Shown: piece by piece, positions 29,100 through 37,559 of the stretch
How positions within the stretch are numbered: the stretch's first letter is position 1
Layout: each line of letters opens with the position of its first letter
From: Myxococcota bacterium
GTDB taxonomy: Bacteria; Myxococcota_A; Polyangia; Nannocystales; Nannocystaceae
Length of the DNA: 64,000 nt
Direction of reading: 5' to 3'
Assembly: GCA_039028615.1 (NCBI GenBank)
Contig: JBCCHT010000003.1
Coordinates: 96,001 to 160,000, forward strand
The notes under the pieces: generated by a model
Seen by the model: the letters and a program-made list of their open reading frames with translations, nothing else
What the model was told of the DNA's origin: nothing
Databases searched by the model: none
Translations under genes and position numbers: made by a program

Positions 29100-29798
29100 T
29101 CAGCCGATCCCGAGCCGTCGCTTGAGCTCGGTGACCAGGCGTCGTCCCACCGCGGCATGGCTGCCGTCGTTGAGTTCGACCCGGGTGCTGCCGCCGTCCG
29201 CATGCAGGGCCACGACGGCGTGGATGTTGACCAGCTCGGAGCGGTGCGTGCGGAAGAAGCCGTGCGCGCTCAGTCGCTTTTCGAGGCTGGCGAGGCTGTC
29301 GTCGAGCACGAGCTCCCGTCCCGCGTGGGTGAACACGGTGTACTTGTCCTCCGCGTGGAAGCGGGTGATCTGGGCGGCATCGATGACGTGCACGGTGGCC
29401 CCGTCGCGGGCGGTGATCCGCGGGGGCCCGGACGCGGCGGGATCGGGTGCCGCCGTGCGGGCCCGGGCGCGGGCGATCGCCTCGGCGAGGCGGTCCTTGG
29501 AGATGGGCTTGAGCAGGTAGTCCACCGCGTCGACCTCGAAGGCGCGCAGGGCATGCTCGGCGTGGGCGGTGGTGAACACCACGGGGGGCAGGCTGGGCTC
29601 TTCGGCCAGCTCGAGGCCGTCCATCTGCGGCATGTCGATGTCGAGCAGCAGCAGGTCGGGAGGCGAGGCGCGGACCATGTTCAGGGCCTCTTCACCATCG
29701 GCGGCTTCACCCGCGACCTCGACTCCGTCCATGCGCTGGAGCATGCGGACCAACCGGCGGCGGGCGGGCGCTTCGTCGTCGACGACCAGGACTCTCAT
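29100..29798 (-). CDS. LytTR-family response regulator
   Basis: Receiver VVDDE, LLDIDMP, DYLLKP; LytTR FFRTHRSELVN. Confidence 0.93.
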   Translation of the reverse strand: MRVLVVDDEAPARRRLVRMLQRMDGVEVAGEAADGEEALNMVRASPPDLLLLDIDMPQMDGLELAEEPSLPPVVFTTAHAEHALRAFEVDAVDYLLKPISKDRLAEAIARARARTAAPDPAASGPPRITARDGATVHVIDAAQITRFHAEDKYTVFTHAGRELVLDDSLASLEKRLSAHGFFRTHRSELVNIHAVVALHADGGSTRVELNDGSHAAVGRRLVTELKRRLGIG

Positions 29799-30886
29799 GA
29801 TGCGCGGCTTTGTGCGGGATGGGTGCGGGGCACGACGAGCTCGACTCGATAGCCACCGTCGATGCCGGGGCCGGCCGAGAACCGAGCCGCCTTGCCGTAG
29901 AGCAGCTTCAATCGCTTGGCCACGTTGGCGTGACCGACCTTGGTGCCCGGGGACTGCGAGTGTCCGGGGCCGTCGTCGCGGACCTGGAAGCGGAGGTTGT
30001 CGCCCTCGGCCGTGACCTGCACCCAGACCTTGCCGCCTTCGCGGCGGGCCGCGATGCCGTGCTTGACCGCGTTCTCCACCAGGGGCTGGATCAGGAAGGG
30101 CGGCACGTCGACCGACTCGACGCCGTCGTCGACGTCGACGCGGCTGCTCAGGCGCTCGCCGAAGCGGAGCTCCTCGAGGGCGAGGTAGCTCCGCACCGCA
30201 TCGAGTTCACGGCGGAGGCTGACCTGGCCCCGCTCGGCGCCCTCGAGCGAGTAGCGCAGCAACGCGGACAGGCGCTCCACCGCCTCGACCGCGGCCTCGG
30301 AGTCCTCTTCGGCCAGCGTGGCCACGGTGTTGAGCGCATTGAACAGGAAGTGCGGGTTGACCTTGGCCTGGAGGTTGTCGATCTGGGCGCGGAGCAGGGC
30401 TTGTTGGGCTTTTTGCTCGCGGAGCTCGACGGTACGGATGCGCTCGAGGAGCCGGTCGTAGGTCACGCTGCCCATCATCACGATGGCGGTGATCACCACT
30501 GCTACGCGCCAGATGTCCTCGCGGTTGATCGTCACGCGTACGTCGGCGAGGAGGGTGAGGTGCAGCAGGCCGAGCGCCAGCTCCACGCCGATCAGCACCC
30601 CCACGATGACCGAGATGCCATGCGCCGCCGCCCGCCGCAGCGGGCCGCCCTCGATGAGGGTCGTACCCCAGCCGTACACGTAGATCGCGGTGGTGGCCAT
30701 GCCGATGCACACCGACAGCAGCAGGTTGGCCCCGAAGACGATGAACCACCGCGCCCACGGCTCGTCGTCTCCGTTGAGGGCGAAGGTCAGGATGGTCGCG
30801 ATCAGCAGGTGTGACCACCACTGCCCTCGAAGCGCGCGGATGTAGTCCGCGTTCCGTTCGAGGCGGCTGTTGTGGAGCGAGGTCAC
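29795..30886 (-). CDS. LytS-type sensor histidine kinase
   Basis: Four TM segments; NPHFLFNALN, QPLVENAVKHG, DDGPG; ATGA overlap with the regulator; start uncertain. Confidence 0.9.
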   Translation of the reverse strand: MTSLHNSRLERNADYIRALRGQWWSHLLIATILTFALNGDDEPWARWFIVFGANLLLSVCIGMATTAIYVYGWGTTLIEGGPLRRAAAHGISVIVGVLIGVELALGLLHLTLLADVRVTINREDIWRVAVVITAIVMMGSVTYDRLLERIRTVELREQKAQQALLRAQIDNLQAKVNPHFLFNALNTVATLAEEDSEAAVEAVERLSALLRYSLEGAERGQVSLRRELDAVRSYLALEELRFGERLSSRVDVDDGVESVDVPPFLIQPLVENAVKHGIAARREGGKVWVQVTAEGDNLRFQVRDDGPGHSQSPGTKVGHANVAKRLKLLYGKAARFSAGPGIDGGYRVELVVPRTHPAQSRAS

Positions 30887-31052
30887 GGGGAGGTTTCCGA
30901 GTATAGCGACTGCTCGGGACCGCCCGGCACCGAGGAACCGGGGGCCGACGAGCGGTGCCCCTGCCCGGACGAACGGTCGCGCGGAGGCGACCGGCGGCGG
31001 GGCGAGCCGACGGCTGTCGCGTCGCGCGGCGGGGAGCGCGTTGGCGTGCCGC

Positions 31053-32582
31053 TCAGATGCCGCTGCGCTCGCACGCCAGGATGCGCTCGAAGGTCGACCA
31101 CGCGGGGCCACCGACGGCGCGCAAGCGTGCGGCGAGCAGGCGGTTGTCGAGCGCCCGGGTCAGTCGCTCGTAGGGCGCGGACTGGCGTCGCAGGTCCCAC
31201 AGGCGCTGGCTCAGATGGTCGACCTCCCCGCGAATCTCGAGGTAGTCCCGATAGCTCGGCGAGTGCTCCAGGTGCTCGGCGATCGCGTCGTGCTGCTCCG
31301 CGATGACGTGGGGTTGCTCGGGGTGCCAGGGGTCGTCGAGCACGGGCCAGCGCGCGAGCAGGTCGGCGGCGGCACGGCGGTAGGCGTAGTCCTCGTCGCG
31401 CTGGGCATCGTCGAGGCGGCGGGTGACCGCCTCGAGGTCGTCCCCGAGGCGCTGAAGCTCGACGTAGGCCTGTGCCTCGTTGCCCTCGAGGTGCAGCTGC
31501 CGAGCGAGCGCCGACACCACGGCGTCTTCTTCGGGCAGGCTCACCTCGAGCTGGGGGCCCTTGGTCGGCGCGGCGTGTCGGAGCCAGCGCTCGGCGGTCG
31601 TGGTGGGCACGTCCGCCGACGACGAGGCGATGCGGACTCGGGTATGGGCCTCGAGCAGGGAGATGTGCCGATCGCCATCGAAGTCGAACTGCTCGATCGG
31701 CTGCGGGTGCCCCTGTCGATCGCGCCCGCGCAGCGCGTTGAGAAAATGCAGCCCGTAGCCCTCTTGCGCCGCGCGATCGGGGTTGGGATCGCAGCCGGTC
31801 GCTTCGAGATCCCACGGGGCGGAAAACAGCCCGCAGCGCTGGCCCACGCTGGCCCCCAGCTGGGCGTCGGCGCCTTGGAAGACCAGCTCGCCGAACCCCC
31901 CGGAGAAGCAGGTCGTGGCCACGACGCGGACCGGGCGGGGGCTTCGGTCGAGGCGCTCGGCCAGGTCGACGACCGCGAGCTCGCTCTGCTCCCACAGCGA
32001 CACCGAGTTGAAGCGGGGCTCCGTGCCCAGGTTGCCGTGGCCGCCCAGATACAGCAGCAGCGGCTCGGGGCCGCCGGCCAGCGCGTGGTCGAGGGCCTGG
32101 ATCACCCCCTGCGCGGTGGCGGGCTCGGCCGTGTCCAGGGCGGTCGCGCGGTAGCGGAGGTCTCGGCCGCCTCGCGGAGCGAACAGGTCGCCGAGGGCCG
32201 CCACGACCGGGTCGGGCTCGCGACCGGGGGCCAGCACCTGCACCGTGGCCGTGCCCGGGCCCGCGCCGAAGAGCACCCGACCTCCCGGGCCGAGGACCTC
32301 GGCCGCCAGCGCGATGTCCTGCTCGAGCGACACCTGGTTGAGCTCGGGGATCGCCCCGCTGGCGGCGGCGATCCAGCGCGGCGGCACGGCGGGATCGAAC
32401 GGGGGCAGGGGAATGGGAGCCGGGGGGGCAGGGACCCCGGGCAGTCGCACCGAGGGGGGCACGGCGGGAGCCGGCGGGGGCTCTTGGACGGCGGGCGTGG
32501 GGGCGCTACGCGGCCGACTCTGGGTCTGGCATGCACCGACCAGGCCGACGACGAGGGCGAAGAGCGGCCGAACGCGGAGCAC
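31053..32582 (-). CDS. Lipoprotein with caspase/legumain-like (clan CD) Cys-peptidase domain and coiled-coil C-terminus
   Basis: LVGAC lipobox; LLLYLGGHG and VVATTCFSGGF His/Cys dyad; DFDGDRHISLLEAH. Confidence 0.7.
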   Translation of the reverse strand: MLRVRPLFALVVGLVGACQTQSRPRSAPTPAVQEPPPAPAVPPSVRLPGVPAPPAPIPLPPFDPAVPPRWIAAASGAIPELNQVSLEQDIALAAEVLGPGGRVLFGAGPGTATVQVLAPGREPDPVVAALGDLFAPRGGRDLRYRATALDTAEPATAQGVIQALDHALAGGPEPLLLYLGGHGNLGTEPRFNSVSLWEQSELAVVDLAERLDRSPRPVRVVATTCFSGGFGELVFQGADAQLGASVGQRCGLFSAPWDLEATGCDPNPDRAAQEGYGLHFLNALRGRDRQGHPQPIEQFDFDGDRHISLLEAHTRVRIASSSADVPTTTAERWLRHAAPTKGPQLEVSLPEEDAVVSALARQLHLEGNEAQAYVELQRLGDDLEAVTRRLDDAQRDEDYAYRRAAADLLARWPVLDDPWHPEQPHVIAEQHDAIAEHLEHSPSYRDYLEIRGEVDHLSQRLWDLRRQSAPYERLTRALDNRLLAARLRAVGGPAWSTFERILACERSGI

Positions 32583-32674
32583 GTGGGGGCAGCGTAGCAG
32601 CCCAGCTCCACCTGTAAGGAGGTTCAGGCAGATCGCGTGCGTGAATGTCGCGGAGGGATTTCTCGAATTTTGGG

Positions 32675-32700
32675 TGCGACAACGGCCGATCGCGCTCGTC
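32675..32700 (+). promoter_or_regulatory. Candidate ECF promoter TGCGAC-N16-CGTC
   Basis: 64 nt upstream of ATG 32765; same motif at three other gene starts. Confidence 0.55.
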
Positions 32701-32764
32701 CTGTCCCACGCAGCCGGACGCGGCCCATCGCGACGCTGCCCCCACCCACGAAGGATTCCCACCG

Positions 32765-33436
32765 ATGACCAAGACCGCCACCACCCTCTGTGCCCTGTTC
32801 CTGCTCAGCGCCGCCGGCTGCGACGACAAGAAGGGCGACGACAAGAAGGAAACCGCCGCCAAGGGCGACAAGGCCAAGGGCGACGCCAAGGCCAAGGGCG
32901 GCGGCGATGCCAAGGCCGAGGAGAAGAAGCCGGCCGAGCCCCCCGCTCCCAAGATGGCCGCCGCCGAGATCAAGGAGTGGCAGGTCAAGCTCATGCTGCC
33001 CGAGGGTGCCGCGGTGACCGAGCTCGAAGAGGGCGACGCCGACATGGAGATGCCCGACAGCGCCACGGTCACCACCGAGAAGGCCTGCGGCTACGACATC
33101 GACCTCACCCGCCACTGGAAGAAGAGCCTCGACAGCATGTACGAGAACTCCAAGAAGGCGGCCGACGGCCTGACCGAGATCGAGTTCCTCAAGGACGAGA
33201 AGACCGACACCGGCTACACCGTGCACTACAAGGGCAAGGCGCCCCTGGGCGACATGTACGGCGCGAGCACGGGCGTCGTGATCGGCGACCGTCTGGTGCT
33301 GTGCGACTCGGGCCTGGGTCGCCAAGAGAAGCACGAGGCCGCCTGCGTGCTGGCCGTGTGCAGCACCGTGGCCGGAGCCGAGGCGGGAGCCCCCGCCGAC
33401 GCCAAGGGTGACGCCAAGGCCGACAAGGCCGGCTGA
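32765..33436 (+). CDS. Hypothetical lipoprotein (paralog of 61566..62183)
   Basis: LSAAGC lipobox; Lys/Ala/Asp linker; LPEG motif and terminal Cys helix. Confidence 0.8.
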   Translation: MTKTATTLCALFLLSAAGCDDKKGDDKKETAAKGDKAKGDAKAKGGGDAKAEEKKPAEPPAPKMAAAEIKEWQVKLMLPEGAAVTELEEGDADMEMPDSATVTTEKACGYDIDLTRHWKKSLDSMYENSKKAADGLTEIEFLKDEKTDTGYTVHYKGKAPLGDMYGASTGVVIGDRLVLCDSGLGRQEKHEAACVLAVCSTVAGAEAGAPADAKGDAKADKAG

Positions 33437-33548
33437 TCTCGTCGGCACAGTTTGGGCGTCGGTTTGGGCTTAGTGGGGACGAGGCTCGATCCGGCGTCCG
33501 TTTATTGGTTTTCAGCACGCGCGCGCGAAGCTGGGTACTCTGCCTCGC

Positions 33549-34373
33549 GTGAGCACCCCTCGTAAGCACGGAGAGCCGCGCGGCTCGGCCCCTCGCCAAG
33601 AGCCCCTCTACGATCTGGGCATCCCCACGCCCTCCCACGCCGAGCGGGCTCGCACGCTCGTCGCCAGCGCGACCAACGGCGTGCTCTCCACCCACGCCGT
33701 CGAGCTCGACGGCCACCCCTACGGCTCGCTCGTGATCTTCGCCGTTCACGACGGCGCCCCCATCTTCCTCGTCAGCGAGCTCGCCGAGCACACCCGCAAC
33801 CTCCGGGCCTCGTCGCGATGTTCCCTGCTCGTCACCGAGATCGGCCCCGACAACCCCCTCGCCCTCGGTCGGCTCACCTTGGTCGGCACCTGCGAGCCCA
33901 TCCCCGACGCCGAGCGAGCCGCCGCTCAGGCCTCCTTCCTCGAGCGTCACCCCCCCGCCGAGTACTACGCCGATTTCGAAGACTTCAACCTCTGGCGCCT
34001 CACCGTCACCGGCATCCGCTACATCGGCGGCTTTGGCCGCATGTCCTGGGTCGACCTCGAAGCCTGGAACGAAGCCACCCCCGATCCCATCGCTCCCAAC
34101 GCCACCGGGATCATCACCCACATGAACGACGACCACGCCGACGCCCTTCGCCTCTACTGCGAAGCCTTCAGCAAATCCGGCCCCGTCCCCCAAGCCACCA
34201 TGACCGGCGTCGACCGCTACGGCTTCGAAATCTCCGCCGAAACCAAGTCCGGCCCCCGCCCCGTCCGCATCGCCTTCGACGAGCCCGTCACCACTTCCAC
34301 GGAAGTCCGCCAACAAATGGTGACCCTAGTCAAACGAGCCCGCACCCAACTCGGCGTCACCAAACCCACCTGA
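33549..34373 (+). CDS. HugZ / pyridoxamine-5'-phosphate oxidase-like protein with DUF2470-type C-terminus
   Basis: GHPYGSLV, SELAEHTRNL, RLTLVG, YIGGFGRM, HMNDDHAD, GVDRYG. Confidence 0.88.
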   Translation: MSTPRKHGEPRGSAPRQEPLYDLGIPTPSHAERARTLVASATNGVLSTHAVELDGHPYGSLVIFAVHDGAPIFLVSELAEHTRNLRASSRCSLLVTEIGPDNPLALGRLTLVGTCEPIPDAERAAAQASFLERHPPAEYYADFEDFNLWRLTVTGIRYIGGFGRMSWVDLEAWNEATPDPIAPNATGIITHMNDDHADALRLYCEAFSKSGPVPQATMTGVDRYGFEISAETKSGPRPVRIAFDEPVTTSTEVRQQMVTLVKRARTQLGVTKPT

Positions 34374-34613
34374 CGCCCCGCGCTGCCCACCACGGGTCGC
34401 TGTCACCCAAAAGCCCCCGCGCCCCGAGCGGATGGGCGCCATTGGCTGGAAATTCGAGGTGGCCCCGACCGTCACGCGCTGGCCCAGTGGGGGCGAGTTC
34501 ATTCGCCAGGATTGCTGCTCGAAGGACTCCGAAGAGGTCGCTAAGCCGCAGATGAGCAGCCTCCAGGTCGCGCCCGACGGCGGCGGCACCGAGGCCCCAG
34601 ACGACGTCGAGGG

Positions 34614-34779
34614 CTAAAGCTCATCTCAAAAACCCTCGCGAGGCGATAACGCGGCCCCGTCGACGAGGGCCGCGTTGCCAATTCTTGAAGTACGCCCAGT
34701 ACGCCTGCGAATTGGCGCCTTGCCCTCGCCGACGCTGACCACGTTCTCACCCCACGAGGGTTTTTGAGATGAGCTTTAG
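34614..34779. mobile_element. 166-bp non-autonomous MITE/REP-like element
   Basis: Perfect 25-bp terminal inverted repeats ctaaagctcatctcaaaaaccctcg / cgagggtttttgagatgagctttag with TA near both ends; internal hairpins (aacgcggccc...gggccgcgtt; gccaattc...gaattggc); no transposase. Confidence 0.8.
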
Positions 34780-34815
34780 AACAGTGCACCTGAGCCGCCA
34801 AGGGCAGCGGGTCCG

Positions 34816-35073
34816 TCAACAACTTCCCGACGGCTTGGCGCCGAGCTCGTTGCACAGGCCGAGCAGGGCGTTGCGCTCGACCAACGGCGTGCCCCGATTC
34901 ACCGTGAAGTACTCGTGCCAGGTCGAGAATCCGGGCGGAGTGAAGCACTCAAAGCAATCTTCCAAGACCGCGTCCTCCTCTCCGGAGGGGATCTTCACCG
35001 TGCTCGCTCGGTTGCCGATCCGCCCTACCTTGAAGTCCTTGTTCTGACGCGCCTTCTTGCTCCCCCCGGACAT
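34816..35073 (-). CDS. Small hypothetical protein (85 aa, four Cys)
   Basis: MSGGSKKARQNK...CFEC...; mostly G/C-ending codons; no family recognised. Confidence 0.4.
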   Translation of the reverse strand: MSGGSKKARQNKDFKVGRIGNRASTVKIPSGEEDAVLEDCFECFTPPGFSTWHEYFTVNRGTPLVERNALLGLCNELGAKPSGSC

Positions 35074-35224
35074 CGGGACAAGCCCGCGGAGGGGGCGTGC
35101 TCGGCGGAAGGCTCCCGCCGAGTCCGTTGCGCTTCGTGATCGTTCAATCCTGGGTAGCTTCATGGCGTGGGCTCCTGTTGATCGTCAGGCCTGACCGACC
35201 GATGGGCTACCCCCCGATGCAGGG

Positions 35225-35415
35225 GGGTCTTGGCGACGATGAGTCCAACCCAAAGCGTCACCGTTCGCCCAGCACCGCCCCTGCCGCCAGCGACCGCGCC
35301 CCGCCTACCGCCATCATCACCGCGATGTCGTGCTTCTTGCGACGCACCAGCAAGCTGGCGATGAGCGACGACGCGGCCACCACCACCATCAAGCCCAGTA
35401 CCAGCGACGGCGGAT
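35225..35415 (-). pseudogene. FtsX/LolE-like permease fragment
   Basis: LVLGLMVVVAASSLIASLLVRRKKHDIAVMMAVGGARSLAAGAVLGE resembles the FtsX R..EIA..KA.GA....E motif; stops at 35258, with a hydrophobic continuation (TLWVGLIVA) in another frame. Confidence 0.45.
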
Positions 35416-35658
35416 AGACCGCTCGAGGTCCGATGCAGATGGCAGCAGGCCCTCCACCCGAAGCCATCATTGATGCGAGCCAAGGGCGCGGCTGACCCCG
35501 CGTAGCCAGAAGGGGCCCCCGGTCGCGCGGAGACGGCGACTATTCGTAGGCCGAGCGCTCGATCCCCCAATTCGCCGTCGAGCACGTCCGGGGTAGCGTC
35601 TGGCGTCAACAGGGGAAGCCGTCTCCGAAACCAGCAGAGCCTTCGCCTCCCCACACCC

Positions 35659-36537
35659 TCACCCCCGCCCCCGCATCACCTCCACCAACACCTCCAAAAA
35701 CACCCGAGTCTTCGGCGGCACAAACTTCCCCGATCCCCAAACCGCATGAATCGGCACCTCCCCCCCATGCCACCCGGGAATCACCCGCACCAACCTCCCC
35801 GCCTCAATCTCCCCCCACGCCAACGACCACGGCACAAACCCCACCCCAACCCCTTCACTCAACAAATAAACCAGCGAACTCGACGAGTTGAGCACCACCT
35901 TCCCGGGCGTCTCCAGCTCCAACCGCTCGTCCCCCGGCCCCACGAACCGCCGCCGCGTCGGCAGCTGAGAATGCACCACCCACGGCACATCACTCAGCTG
36001 CTCCGGCCTCTCGATCTCCCCCAGCCGCCGCGCAAGCTCCGGTGAAGCCACCACCACATCCCGGTCCACTCCAAGCCGCCGCACTCGAAGATCCGAGTCC
36101 ACCAGCGGCCCCACGCGAATCGCAAGATCGAACTCGTCCTCGATCAAGTCTCGGTTCGAGTCCGACAGATCGAGCCGCACCGACAGCCGCGGGTACCGAG
36201 CCGTCATCCGAGCGACCGCGGGCGTCACCAACCAAGCATCCACCACCGACGACGCCGTGACCCGCAGGGTACCGACCGGCTCGCCCATCGCCGCCCGCAC
36301 GTCGCGGAGCCCTTCGCTCCACGCCTCCGTCATCGCGCGCGCCCGCGGCAGGAAGCGCTCGCCGATCTCCGTCAGTCGCTGACGCCGGGTGCTGCGCTCG
36401 AGCAGTCGCGCCCCGCAGACCTCCTCGAGCTCCTTGAGGTGAGCACTGACCACGCTCTTCGAAAGCCCGAGCCGCTTCGCCGCCGCGGTGATCGAGCCGC
36501 TCGCCACGATCTCCACGAACACCGCGGCCCGGGGCAT
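35659..36537 (-). CDS. LysR-family regulator
   Basis: FVEIVASGSITAAAKRLGLSKSVVSAHLKELEE...RSTR; DLAIR; alternative TTG start at 36564; TGTTCGC-N5-GCGGACA dyad at 36554-36572. Confidence 0.92.
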   Translation of the reverse strand: MPRAAVFVEIVASGSITAAAKRLGLSKSVVSAHLKELEEVCGARLLERSTRRQRLTEIGERFLPRARAMTEAWSEGLRDVRAAMGEPVGTLRVTASSVVDAWLVTPAVARMTARYPRLSVRLDLSDSNRDLIEDEFDLAIRVGPLVDSDLRVRRLGVDRDVVVASPELARRLGEIERPEQLSDVPWVVHSQLPTRRRFVGPGDERLELETPGKVVLNSSSSLVYLLSEGVGVGFVPWSLAWGEIEAGRLVRVIPGWHGGEVPIHAVWGSGKFVPPKTRVFLEVLVEVMRGRG

Positions 36538-36684
36538 GTGCCATAGCGTTGATTGTTCGCTCAAGGCGGACAGTGTATCCGTTCGACGCTGGATAGTCGC
36601 ATTGGGTTTCTCATTGTAGAACAATCTCGAGCCGGGGCGTGCCGCTCGGCTCCCACCGAAAACCCCGTTCGGAAGACGAATCCA

Positions 36685-37476
36685 ATGATCGATCACGAGA
36701 ATCAACCGCGCCTGCGCAACGCCATTGGTCTGTATCTCGATGGCATTCGAGACGGGCATCCACGCGAGGCCATCGCCCGCTACACGGGCGCCCGCTACAC
36801 CCAGCACTCCACGGGAGTCGCTGACGGTCGCGAGGGGTTCATTGCGTTCTTCGAGCCGTTCCTCGCCCGCAATCCCGACCGCGACATCCAGGTCATCCGC
36901 GGCTGGGAAGACGGGCAGTATGCGTTCGTGCATGTGTTCCAGTCGCTCAACGGCGGCGAGGCGCAGTGGGTCACCGCGGACTTCTTCGACACCGATGCCG
37001 ACGGCAAGATCATCGAGCACTGGGACGTCATCGCGGAGTACGCCGACTCCACGCCGTCGGGTCACACCAGCATCGACGGCCCCACCGAGATCGTCGACCT
37101 CGACAAGACCGAGGACAACAAGCAGCTCGTCCGCGACATGATCACCGACCTGCTGATGCGCGGCGGCGACGTGAGCCGGGCCGACCAGTACATCAGCCGG
37201 GACACGTACATCCAGCACAACCGCGAGGTCGCCGATGGCTTCGAGGCCTTCAACGCGCTGCTGCAGGCCGAGCCGCGCCCGCTGTGGTACGAGCGGATCG
37301 TGCTGCTGGTCGGTCGCGGCAACTTCGTGGCCACGCTGTGCGAGGCGAAGTGGGAAGGCCAGCCCTACGCCCAGGTCGACATCTTCCGCGTCGAAAACGG
37401 TCGCATCGTGGAGCACTGGGACAACGTCGAGCCGTGTCCTCCGCCCGAAGAGCTGGCCAATAGCGGCAAGTTCTAG
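36685..37476 (+). CDS. Tandem SnoaL/NTF2-like domain protein
   Basis: Two repeats of Y(T/I)QH...VADG...G(K/R)I(I/V)EHWD. Confidence 0.88.
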   Translation: MIDHENQPRLRNAIGLYLDGIRDGHPREAIARYTGARYTQHSTGVADGREGFIAFFEPFLARNPDRDIQVIRGWEDGQYAFVHVFQSLNGGEAQWVTADFFDTDADGKIIEHWDVIAEYADSTPSGHTSIDGPTEIVDLDKTEDNKQLVRDMITDLLMRGGDVSRADQYISRDTYIQHNREVADGFEAFNALLQAEPRPLWYERIVLLVGRGNFVATLCEAKWEGQPYAQVDIFRVENGRIVEHWDNVEPCPPPEELANSGKF

Positions 37477-37502
37477 CCCGTTCGGTCGGGCCCGAAAAAC
37501 GA

Positions 37503-37535
37503 AGGGGCACGCGCGGTCGACCGCGGCGTGCCCCT
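37503..37535. terminator. Hairpin between convergent genes
   Basis: aggggcacgc...gcgtgcccct stem enclosing gcggtcgaccgc. Confidence 0.55.
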
Positions 37536-37559
37536 CGTCGTTCGGCGCGACGTTCGAGC

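Noticed and set aside
34432..34617. 61-aa ORF ending in the MITE left end
   Set aside because: No recognisable features; its stop codon is supplied by the element's TAA.
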